Below the pieces are notes generated by a model, which saw only the letters and a program-made list of their open reading frames with translations, made no database searches and was not told the origin of the DNA. 64,000 bases of DNA from Spirochaetota bacterium (lineage in GTDB: Bacteria > Spirochaetota > UBA4802 > UBA5550): positions 128,001 through 192,000 of the forward strand of contig CAXXHB010000002.1 of the NCBI GenBank assembly GCA_963664815.2, given 5' to 3'. Of the stretch, positions 30,471 to 39,439 are shown piece by piece (positions within the stretch are counted from its first letter, which is position 1; each line of letters begins with the position of its first letter). A program made the position numbers and the translations under genes.

Positions 30471-31538
30471 CTAACCCTTAATATATCCTTCCATATATAT
30501 TTTTATTGAAGCTTTATCTTTTTTCTGCATTATCCATTTTTTAAACTGTCCCTGAGCATTTTCACTGTAAAGTTTATACATTATCATCTTTTCAACTTTT
30601 TCGTAAGTAACTGCTCTTCTTTCAAGATATTTAACTATATGGTAACCAAATCCCGACTTAAATACACCGGAAATCTGTCCGCTTTTATTCATCCTGTATA
30701 CGTAGCCGGCAAAATAAGGGTCCATTTGTGCAAGCATCTGCCATCCAAGATCCCCTCCGTTTTTAGCAGAACCGGGATCCTGTGAATATTTACCTGCAAG
30801 TGATTCAAAAGAATCCTGATTTGCCATTATCTGCTTTCTGATCTCTTCAGCTTTTGTGTTGGCATTTTTCTCATCTGTGAGCGACCCGCCTTTAGGTATT
30901 ATAAGTATATGTTTTACATGAACTTCATACCCGAGCTTTGATTTATTTACGTTATACCATTTTTTTGCTTCTTCTGCAGATGGAGGTGTTGCACCTATTG
31001 CTACGGACATTATCTGTTCACGCGCAATATTTACTTTCAATTCATCAAAAAATGAAAAGAAATCCATCCTCTCTTTTTTTTCAATGAAATCAATAAATTT
31101 TTTTAATTCAGGATCTACTTTAAAATTTGTTTCAAACCTGTTCTCTATATATTTTTCCATGTTTGATGAAACACGATCAACTGTTTTTGTAAGTTCTTTA
31201 TCGTTTTCGATTCTTGTGCTGAAGAATTTTGTAATTGCTCCTTCAAGCTGATTTATTACTCTTTTATCCGGCAGAAGAATTGATTCATCCTGGGCTGTCT
31301 CGAATATAAGTTCCGTCTCTATCATGTTATCAAGAATGCGGCTTTTTTCGTAATTGATTTTTGAAGTGGGTATATTTTTCAGAGTTTTAAGTCTGATAAA
31401 TTTCTGGTTCAGATCGCTTTCCATAATTGCCCTGCTGTTGACCACAGCAAGTACTTTTTCATAACTATCCCATGCAAAGGAGGACACTGAAAACAGCAAA
31501 ATCAGCAGCGGTAAAAGTAAAATGTATCTTAATTTCAT
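30471..31538 (-). CDS. SurA-like parvulin peptidyl-prolyl isomerase (Leptospira LIC12922-like)
   Basis: Signal peptide, SurA-N-like VLAVVN..I, rotamase domain VKHILI, FESLAGKYSQDPGSAKNGGDLGW, SGFGYHIVK. Confidence 0.88.
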   Translation of the reverse strand: MKLRYILLLPLLILLFSVSSFAWDSYEKVLAVVNSRAIMESDLNQKFIRLKTLKNIPTSKINYEKSRILDNMIETELIFETAQDESILLPDKRVINQLEGAITKFFSTRIENDKELTKTVDRVSSNMEKYIENRFETNFKVDPELKKFIDFIEKKERMDFFSFFDELKVNIAREQIMSVAIGATPPSAEEAKKWYNVNKSKLGYEVHVKHILIIPKGGSLTDEKNANTKAEEIRKQIMANQDSFESLAGKYSQDPGSAKNGGDLGWQMLAQMDPYFAGYVYRMNKSGQISGVFKSGFGYHIVKYLERRAVTYEKVEKMIMYKLYSENAQGQFKKWIMQKKDKASIKIYMEGYIKG

Positions 31539-31656
31539 TTTGTTCCCATCTATTAATTCATTAATACTTACTATCTGAAGTAAAATTGCGCAACTGTTTT
31601 TTATTATTCGTCTATTTAATAAAAAAACAATTATGATAATCAGTATTCATATTGCA

Positions 31657-33237
31657 TCATTTAGTCTTTTTACTATTCTTAAAGAGAAGGTATTCTATAC
31701 CATCAACAAGGGCCATCCATGATGCTTCAATAATGTTGGATGAAACTCCAACTGTACCCCAGTGATCTGTTCCATCAGACTGATCGATCAGAACCCTGAC
31801 GCTAGAAGCAGTTCCACTATTATCGTCGAGTACACGCACCTTGTAATCAGTTAAATACATATGGGCAATTTCCGGATAGAATTTAGTAAGAGCCTTCCTT
31901 AAGGCGTTATCAATTGCTTCTACAGGACCGTTCCCATTCGCCGCTGTATGTTCAAGCTGACCACCAACTTCTACTTTAATAGTAGCTTCACATTCCATTT
32001 TATTGTTTTCATACATTTCAGTAATCATTCTGAATCCCAGAAACCTGAAAAACGGAGTAAATTCGCCGGTAGCCTCTCTTATAATAAGTTCGAATGAACC
32101 CTCCGCTGCTTCAAACTGAAAACCCTTCTCCTCAAGATTTTTAATTTTCTCCAGAACTTTTTTAGAGAGATTAATATCACCTTCAAAATTAATGCCGAGC
32201 TCTTTAGCTTTAAATTCTATATTGCTTTTGCCTGAAAGTTCTGAGATAAGCACCTTCCTCCTGTTTCCGGTAAGAGATGGATCAATATGTTCATAAGTTC
32301 TTGTATCTTTCTGCAAAGCGGATACATGAATACCACCTTTATGAGCGAAGGCGTTATCTCCAACATACGGCCTGTTTTCAAAATGGGGAAGGTTTGCAAT
32401 TTCACTTACAAATCTGCTGACTTCTGTAAGGTGATGAAGTACCGGGGAGGAAGTACAGTCATATCCCATTTTAAGTATAAGGTTGGGAATGAATGTGGTA
32501 AGATCACAATTGCCGCATCTTTCACCGTAGCCATTAATTGTCCCCTGGATTGAAACAGCACCACCTTCAACGGAATACATAGAATTGGCAACGGCTACCC
32601 CCGTATCATTATGAAAATGCCCTCCGACTGGAGTTTGAATTTTTGATGTGACTGCAGAGGTTATTTTATAAGCTTCCAGAGGGAGGGTTCCTCCATTTGT
32701 ATCGCATAAAACTATCATATCGGCACCGGCTTCGCATGCTTTTTCGATACAACTGATTGAATAATCTTCATTAGCCTTGTTGCCATCAAAAAAATGTTCA
32801 GCATCAAGGAAAACTTTAAATCCAAGATCTTTTAAATATGCCACAGAATCATAAATAAGCATAAGATTTTCGTCAAGCTCCATTCCCAATGCTCTGGTAA
32901 CCTGGAAATCCCATGTTTTTGCCACTATTGTCAGAATTTCTGCTTTTGAATTAACAAGTGATTGCAACGTTGGATCTTCGCTGCATTTATAACCCCTTCT
33001 TCTTGTGGATCCGAAAGCAGCTATCTTTGCATTTTTGATTTCTACTTTTCTTATTTCGGAAAAAAAACTGTCATCTTTTGGATTAGATCCTGGCCAACCC
33101 CCTTCTATAAAATCTACTTTAAGCCAGTCCAATATCTTGGAAATATTTAATTTATCTTGTATTGAAAGTGAAATTCCTACAGTTTGCGATCCGTCACGAA
33201 GAGTTGTATCGTATATACTTACTGTTTTTTTAGACAT
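31657..33237 (-). CDS. cimA: Citramalate synthase (LeuA-like, Geobacter-type)
   Basis: DTTLRDGSQ, IEGGWPGSNPKD, DAEHFFDG, HFHND, AFAHKGGIH, YEHIDP, and a C-terminal regulatory domain with GNGPV and NIIEASW. Confidence 0.9.
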   Translation of the reverse strand: MSKKTVSIYDTTLRDGSQTVGISLSIQDKLNISKILDWLKVDFIEGGWPGSNPKDDSFFSEIRKVEIKNAKIAAFGSTRRRGYKCSEDPTLQSLVNSKAEILTIVAKTWDFQVTRALGMELDENLMLIYDSVAYLKDLGFKVFLDAEHFFDGNKANEDYSISCIEKACEAGADMIVLCDTNGGTLPLEAYKITSAVTSKIQTPVGGHFHNDTGVAVANSMYSVEGGAVSIQGTINGYGERCGNCDLTTFIPNLILKMGYDCTSSPVLHHLTEVSRFVSEIANLPHFENRPYVGDNAFAHKGGIHVSALQKDTRTYEHIDPSLTGNRRKVLISELSGKSNIEFKAKELGINFEGDINLSKKVLEKIKNLEEKGFQFEAAEGSFELIIREATGEFTPFFRFLGFRMITEMYENNKMECEATIKVEVGGQLEHTAANGNGPVEAIDNALRKALTKFYPEIAHMYLTDYKVRVLDDNSGTASSVRVLIDQSDGTDHWGTVGVSSNIIEASWMALVDGIEYLLFKNSKKTK

Positions 33238-33560
33238 TATTTTCCTTTATCCCGGATTTTTCGGTTATTTTATCATCCTTTTTTTAGATACATGATATTT
33301 CAAGTAATTTTTCTCAAAGAAAGTATTATCTACTTTATGTAAATTCCCGATATTTTTTACAGTATGGGAAAAGGAGTTATAAACCTTTTCTGACTTAACC
33401 AAATAAAAAGTACTCTCAAAATTATAGTTACCAGATGCTATATTAAATTGTTGACGGTGAAAGTACTGATTTATTTAGTTTATTATCTGTCCTGGATAAT
33501 TTAATTAATACGTTAAAACTTTTAGTTCCGGTTAAATGAATAAGAAAAGTGGTTCTGCCA

Positions 33561-34598
33561 ATGAATAAGAAAACCTTTATCTCTAATAAATTTAAGATGA
33601 TATTTTCAGTGAGTCTTATATTTGTCTCATGTTCCAATTCTCCAAAGGCTGTTTATGAGAGAATGCTCAACAAGTATCAAGAGGGAAAAGAGGGAAACAT
33701 TACACTAATAGCTGAAAAGTTTTTAATGGCTTTTTCCTTCAAAAATATTGAATATGACAGTCTCTTTTTTAATAAAAGTTTAATTCTTTCCATAAAGGGT
33801 AATCATATAGAGATTATGTATCCTGATAATGTCAGCATAAAAGGAGATAATAGTATTGGTAATAACATCAGTTTTGCTGATATTAACAAAAAAAATATAG
33901 TGCTTGGTAACAACAAAGGATTCTGTGTTTTTGATAAGGATGGGGATCCTCATACTGTTTATAAATCTGAAAAAAAAGAACGATTAGATGCGATTGCGCT
34001 TAGAGACAGAAATGTAATTTATTATTCTACAGGAAAGGTGTTTGAATTACCCTATGGAGAAAAGAAAGTAAAGAGAATGGATTCCGGAGAGTATTTTTCT
34101 CCGTATAAAAAATATTTCAGGTCATCAATCTTTGTTAATGACAAATATATAATTCTTTCTACCGGAATAGCCGGTTCTTACTATATAAGTGTCTTTGATG
34201 CCTTAAATGGCAGTTCTCTGATGAAAAACATTTCTGCTTCATCTTTTGAACTTAATATAAATGAAAACAATCTTACTTATGTACGGGGTGGGACCGGAAG
34301 CTGGTCAGTTGAAAAGTATGACATTCTATCCAAAAAGAGGAGCCAGGTTAAAGGAGTAGGGAAAATTGATAACATTTTTATTGCGAAAGATGGTTTTGTT
34401 ACAGTAAGCGGTAAAAAATATTTTATCGAAAGTTTCACCGGAGAAAGAGAAATTCTGCCTCAGGAATGGAATATAATAGGAATATGCAGAAACGCTGTTC
34501 TGATAGAATACGGGAAAACAGCATATATGATTGACTTCCCGCTGCTGCTTCAGAAAATTAAAGAACTAAATGAAAAAACAAAAAGCAAAACTACTTAA
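33561..34598 (+). CDS. Hypothetical lipoprotein, beta-rich (possible propeller)
   Basis: Long ORF with hydrophobic segment and lipobox FVSC. No recognisable catalytic motif. Confidence 0.7.
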   Translation: MNKKTFISNKFKMIFSVSLIFVSCSNSPKAVYERMLNKYQEGKEGNITLIAEKFLMAFSFKNIEYDSLFFNKSLILSIKGNHIEIMYPDNVSIKGDNSIGNNISFADINKKNIVLGNNKGFCVFDKDGDPHTVYKSEKKERLDAIALRDRNVIYYSTGKVFELPYGEKKVKRMDSGEYFSPYKKYFRSSIFVNDKYIILSTGIAGSYYISVFDALNGSSLMKNISASSFELNINENNLTYVRGGTGSWSVEKYDILSKKRSQVKGVGKIDNIFIAKDGFVTVSGKKYFIESFTGEREILPQEWNIIGICRNAVLIEYGKTAYMIDFPLLLQKIKELNEKTKSKTT

Positions 34599-34771
34599 CG
34601 GGCTTTGCTCCATGGAATGTATGGTGCATACGTATCACTTATATCAACTCCTTCACTATAAGGGTGAGGTCTTTTAGCGACTTTTATAAAGATCAGGAGT
34701 GTGATCATTACAATCAAAGATAGAATCGCAATAATCATTATATTCATAAACTTGTTATAATTAAGATACAT
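34595..34771 (-). CDS. Small single-pass membrane protein (58 aa)
   Basis: Below the ORF-track cutoff. GGAGGT SD 5 nt before ATG; MYLNYNKFMNIMIIAILSLIVMITLLIFIKVAKRPHPYSEGVDISDTYAPYIPWSKAR*. Confidence 0.65.
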   Translation of the reverse strand: MYLNYNKFMNIMIIAILSLIVMITLLIFIKVAKRPHPYSEGVDISDTYAPYIPWSKAR

Positions 34772-34951
34772 CTGAACCTCCGGAGATACCTCTCTCCTTA
34801 ATGAAAAGTAATAAATTTCGCTTTATTATTACCGCAGGAGCTGTTTATCTATACATTAGTTAATGTAACAAAAAAAGCTTGCATTGATCGATTATTATAT
34901 AATCTTAATATAATAAAAAGAAAGAAAAAATTTAAGGTACATAAAAAAAAG

Positions 34952-35824
34952 ATGAAAATGCTCAGAAATGACCTCTGCTGGTGCGGAAGTGGAAAAAAAT
35001 ATAAAAAATGCCATATGGAAACAGACGCTTTGGGTGAAATTCCATCTGTAAATAACCTCAAACCGCCCAGAGGGATTAAAATTAAGACACCGAAAGAAAT
35101 TGCCGGTATTACACGGTGCTGCAGGCTTACTGCAGAAGTCCTTGATATGGTTGCAGGAAAAATTAAAGAGGGGGTTTCCACTGACGAAATAAATACCTGG
35201 GTCCATGATTATACAATAAGCAGAGGGGCTATTCCTGCTCCGCTCGGGTACAATGGCTTTCCAAAAAGTGTATGCACTTCCCTGAACAATGTTATATGTC
35301 ACGGTATCCCGGACAGTACAATCATAAAGCATGGAGATATAATAAATATTGATGTTACCTGCATTCTGGACGGTTACTATGGAGATGCGAGCAGAATGTT
35401 TATGATAGGAGAGGTATCACCTGAAGCATCCAAACTGGTCAGAGTTTCTAAAGAGTGTCTCGATCTGGCCATTGATCAGGTTAGACCATTAAACGATTTC
35501 GGGAAAATAGGTGAGGTTATTCAGAAACATGCTGAAAATAACGGTTTTTCTGTAGTCCGGGATTATGGCGGTCATGGTATAGGAATTAAATTTCACGAGG
35601 AGCCTCATGTGCATCACTATAATGTCGGGAACAGGGGTTTACCGATGTTTCCAGGGATGATTTTTACCATTGAACCTATGATAAATGCAGGGAAATATCA
35701 GACAAAACTTTTAAAAGATGACTGGACAGCTGTTACCATAGATGGTTCACTTTCGTCGCAATGGGAGCATACAGTTCTTGTAACAGAAAATAGTGTGGAA
35801 GTACTAACTGTCAATTCTAAATAA
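34952..35824 (+). CDS. map: Methionine aminopeptidase type I with N-terminal SEC-C motif
   Basis: RNDLCWCGSGKKYKKCH, then FPKSVCTS.N..ICHGIP, GHGIG..FHEEP, FTIEPM, QWEHT. Confidence 0.96.
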   Translation: MKMLRNDLCWCGSGKKYKKCHMETDALGEIPSVNNLKPPRGIKIKTPKEIAGITRCCRLTAEVLDMVAGKIKEGVSTDEINTWVHDYTISRGAIPAPLGYNGFPKSVCTSLNNVICHGIPDSTIIKHGDIINIDVTCILDGYYGDASRMFMIGEVSPEASKLVRVSKECLDLAIDQVRPLNDFGKIGEVIQKHAENNGFSVVRDYGGHGIGIKFHEEPHVHHYNVGNRGLPMFPGMIFTIEPMINAGKYQTKLLKDDWTAVTIDGSLSSQWEHTVLVTENSVEVLTVNSK

Positions 35825-36013
35825 TAAACAGTAACCATTTGTGCTAATGATTAAAAATATAAATCCTGCTTTTTTACTTGATGCTTCAATTAAATCGAAT
35901 CATTCAGGAAAAAATTTCTTAAGAACGTATATTTACAGGATAATCAACAGATAAAAAATAAAAAGGACTGAAAAAATGAGAGGTTCAAGCATCAATAATT
36001 CCGGAAGCTGGTA

Positions 36014-36940
36014 ATGAAACTTATATTTATCAATGTAATAATATACCTGCTTCAAAGTATAAACATGCAAAACATGGTCTCTTACGAGATTCCTGTAGGG
36101 AGCCAACTACTTGTTAATCAGACTCAATCCATGACCTACTATTTTGGACTCATTCCGGCACTGGTTCTTTCCAAATATTATGTATGGCAGCTTGGCTCTT
36201 ACATGTTTCTTCATGGAGGATTTTTTCATATATTTCTCAATATGTATGCCCTGATGCTCTTTGGTATTCCTGTTGAACAGTTATGGGGATCAAAAAAATT
36301 TCTTGCATATTATTTTTTTACAGGTATCGGAGCAGGAATAACTATATTTGTCATAAACCTTTTTATGGGGGGAGCGGGTGCTTTTATCCCGACAATTGGA
36401 GCTTCAGGAGCAGTCTTTGGTCTTCTTTTAGCCTTCGGGGTACTTTTCCCTGATGTTGAACTCCTGATATTTTTCTTCATTCCAATGAAAGCAAAATTTC
36501 TTGTAATACTTTATGGTGGAATCGAGCTTATGGCTCTTATTTCTTCAGGAAGCAACAGCAATGTTTCACACGTGGGTCACCTTGGGGGAATATTATTCGG
36601 CTTAGTTTTTTTTCTTGTTTCAAGAAGAAACGGGATAAAATTTTCAGCAAAACAAATAAAAGCAAAAATGGGAAAAGAAATTAAAGAGCGTGATAAAATT
36701 CTTAATCTGAATTCTGAACCATCTGTCGAAAAGCTTGCCGCTATTTTTGAAAAGCTTAAACATGGGGGTTCTGAAGCAATTAGTGACGATGAATATCAGT
36801 TTATCAAACTAGCTGATATTCTTTTTATAAAAAACCCTGAAATCTGTGCGGCTGAAGATTTTAACATAAATGATGAACATTGTAAAAAGTGTGAAACCAT
36901 TGAAGCCTGCATGATGCGTGAAATTAAAAAATATTTATGA
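36014..36940 (+). CDS. Rhomboid intramembrane serine protease with Cys-rich C-terminal extension
   Basis: WQLGSYMFLHGGFFHIFLNM, catalytic GASG, SHVGHLGG. The start may be affected by a frameshift (see findings). Confidence 0.92.
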   Translation: MKLIFINVIIYLLQSINMQNMVSYEIPVGSQLLVNQTQSMTYYFGLIPALVLSKYYVWQLGSYMFLHGGFFHIFLNMYALMLFGIPVEQLWGSKKFLAYYFFTGIGAGITIFVINLFMGGAGAFIPTIGASGAVFGLLLAFGVLFPDVELLIFFFIPMKAKFLVILYGGIELMALISSGSNSNVSHVGHLGGILFGLVFFLVSRRNGIKFSAKQIKAKMGKEIKERDKILNLNSEPSVEKLAAIFEKLKHGGSEAISDDEYQFIKLADILFIKNPEICAAEDFNINDEHCKKCETIEACMMREIKKYL

Positions 36941-37371
36941 TAAATATAAAAATTCAACGGCTTGAAGGAGCTTCTGTACCTGTATATCAGAGTAAAGGTT
37001 CTGCCGGAGCCGATCTTTGTGCGATGATTAAGGAACCTGTAACTCTTTCACCAGGAAAGACAAAACTTATCCCGACAGGAATTTTCATTGAGATTCCGGA
37101 AGGTTATGAAGGCCAGATCCGCCCAAGAAGCGGGCTGTCACTTAAACACGGAATAACTTTTCTGAACTCTCCAGGCACAATAGATTCCGATTACAGAGGT
37201 GAGATTAAAATTATTATGACAAACTTCGGGGAAGAAGATTTTGTAATAAAAAATGGAATGAGAATAGGACAGATAGTGTTTGCCAGGGTTTTCCGGGGTG
37301 AATTTATTGAAGTGAATGAACTTGTCAGAACAGACAGAGACGAAGGAGGTTTCGGACATTCCGGAATATGA
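36937..37371 (+). CDS. dut: dUTP diphosphatase
   Basis: SAGADL, RPRSGL, PGTIDSDYRGE, RIGQ, RDEGGFGHSG. Confidence 0.97.
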   Translation: MINIKIQRLEGASVPVYQSKGSAGADLCAMIKEPVTLSPGKTKLIPTGIFIEIPEGYEGQIRPRSGLSLKHGITFLNSPGTIDSDYRGEIKIIMTNFGEEDFVIKNGMRIGQIVFARVFRGEFIEVNELVRTDRDEGGFGHSGI

Positions 37372-39035
37372 AAGAAAATAATTCAAAGGATTTAAACAAG
37401 GTAAATATTATACCATTGGGTGGCCTCGGAGCAATAGGCAAAAACATCACGTTATTCTCTCAGAATGATGAAATAATTATAGTCGATTGCGGAATAATGT
37501 TTCCAAGAGATGAAATGCCCGGGATTGATTATATCATTCCCGATTTCACATATATCAAACATAACAGATCAAAGGTAAAAGCTATCGTTGTTACTCACGG
37601 ACATGAAGACCACATTGGTGCAATAGCATTTTTGCTCCAGGAGGTACGGGTCCCAATTTATGCAACAAAACTTACCATTGGGCTTATACAGAGCAGGCTA
37701 GAGGAAAAACCGCTTCCTTATACTCCTCAGTTTATTGAAGTGGTTCCACGACAGGTTGAAAATATCGGAAGTTTTACCATAGAGTTTATCGGAGTCAATC
37801 ACTCAATTATCGGAGGTGTAGGTCTTGCAATACAGACAGTAGCCGGTACAATAATACATACAGGGGATTTTAAAATAGACTTTTCTCCTGTAGAGGGAGA
37901 TGTAACAGATATATACAGATTTGCCCACTATGGAGAAAAGGGCGTTTTGCTGCTCATGTCCGACAGTACTAATGCCGAGAAAGAGGGTTTCACCAAATCT
38001 GAATCGGCAATACTCGGCACACTTTCAGATATATTCTCCGACTCAAAAGGAAGAATTATAGTTGCATCTTTTGCTTCAAACCTTCAGCGGATTCAGCAGG
38101 TTTTTGACACTGCACAGAAATTCAACAGAAAGGTTGTAATATCCGGGCTCTCCATGCAAAAAAACATAGAAATAGCCAACTCCCTTGGGTTTCTCGAAAT
38201 AAAAGAAGACCTCATAATAAAAATTGAAGACGCCAATAAATATCCGAACAAAAAAATTGTAATAATCGGAACTGGTACTCAGGGAGAACCAATGTCTGCA
38301 CTTGCAAGAATGGCTTTTGGTACACACCGTCATTTTATTGTTGAGAAAGGGGATACAGTAATTATAACAGCTTCGGTAATTCCCGGCAACGAAAGAATGG
38401 TAACTAATATAGTTAACTCTCTGATGGAAATAGGAGCTAATGTCTATTATGATAAAGATGAAAATATTCATGTTTCGGGACATGGTTCTTCCAAAGAACT
38501 TAAACTGATGATTGCTGTTACAAAACCGAAATTCTTTATGCCGATACATGGTGAATTCAAGCAGTTGAAGAAACATGCAGATATGGCTGAAATTTTAAAA
38601 ATCAAAACCTCTCACATAATAATTGCCAAGAACGGCGATGTACTTGAGCTGACCAAGAAAACTTTCAAGAAAACGGGGAAAATTTCACTTCTTGAAATGT
38701 ATGTTGATGGAGCCGAGATTGGTGATGTCGCGAGTGATGTAATCAAGGAGAGGCACCTGATGTCAACAGATGGTATATTTTACTCATCTATGGTGATCTC
38801 ACAGGGAATGCTTTTAAGCAGACCTGAAATTGTAACTAAAGGTTTTATCAGCAATGAAAATACAAAAATTTACACATTGCTTCAAAATGATATTGAAGAG
38901 AAACTGAAAAGAATGCTTAGAGAAAGAAAGAGTGATACCGAAATTGAAGAATTTCTTAAAAAAAGCCTGAAAAATTATATTTACAAGCTTACTAAAAGAA
39001 ATCCTATAATTGTTATTAAAGTAATAGAGGTTTAA
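37368..39035 (+). CDS. rnj: Ribonuclease J
   Basis: PLGGLGAIGKN, THGHEDHIG, HTGDFK, SDSTNA, GTQGEP, HVSGHG, MPIHGE. Confidence 0.97.
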   Translation: MKENNSKDLNKVNIIPLGGLGAIGKNITLFSQNDEIIIVDCGIMFPRDEMPGIDYIIPDFTYIKHNRSKVKAIVVTHGHEDHIGAIAFLLQEVRVPIYATKLTIGLIQSRLEEKPLPYTPQFIEVVPRQVENIGSFTIEFIGVNHSIIGGVGLAIQTVAGTIIHTGDFKIDFSPVEGDVTDIYRFAHYGEKGVLLLMSDSTNAEKEGFTKSESAILGTLSDIFSDSKGRIIVASFASNLQRIQQVFDTAQKFNRKVVISGLSMQKNIEIANSLGFLEIKEDLIIKIEDANKYPNKKIVIIGTGTQGEPMSALARMAFGTHRHFIVEKGDTVIITASVIPGNERMVTNIVNSLMEIGANVYYDKDENIHVSGHGSSKELKLMIAVTKPKFFMPIHGEFKQLKKHADMAEILKIKTSHIIIAKNGDVLELTKKTFKKTGKISLLEMYVDGAEIGDVASDVIKERHLMSTDGIFYSSMVISQGMLLSRPEIVTKGFISNENTKIYTLLQNDIEEKLKRMLRERKSDTEIEEFLKKSLKNYIYKLTKRNPIIVIKVIEV

Positions 39036-39439
39036 ATAATTATTCATTTACTGCTGTAATTATATTCGTTTTGTTCCAGGGATTTGCAGAATTTCTTTCT
39101 ATATAATCTTCTGAGTTCCTGGCTCTTCGGTAACAGTATAGTGTTATGAAGAGTTTAATGAATGCTACTGATGAGAAGAATAATCTTTTAATTACTGTTT
39201 TTCTCACCAGGATGTATATACCTGCTGCATCTGCCCCTACGGAGTTTAATTTTCTTATTATTAATGGATTTATACTTATTACCGCTAATAAAATCCCCGG
39301 TAAAAACCGAACATTAGAAGAGGCAGAATTTTAAAATTGATACTTAAAGGTTGCAGTTGGTATTACAGGTTTGATAGTTAAGCTTCTTTAAATAAAAATT
39401 GAATAAAAGAAACTTAACAATAAAACTGCGGAGGGAGCA

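Noticed and set aside
39039-39334. Short open frames on both strands between rnj and ftsK
   Set aside because: Neither has a convincing SD and start or a recognisable motif; they are mutual antisense frames.
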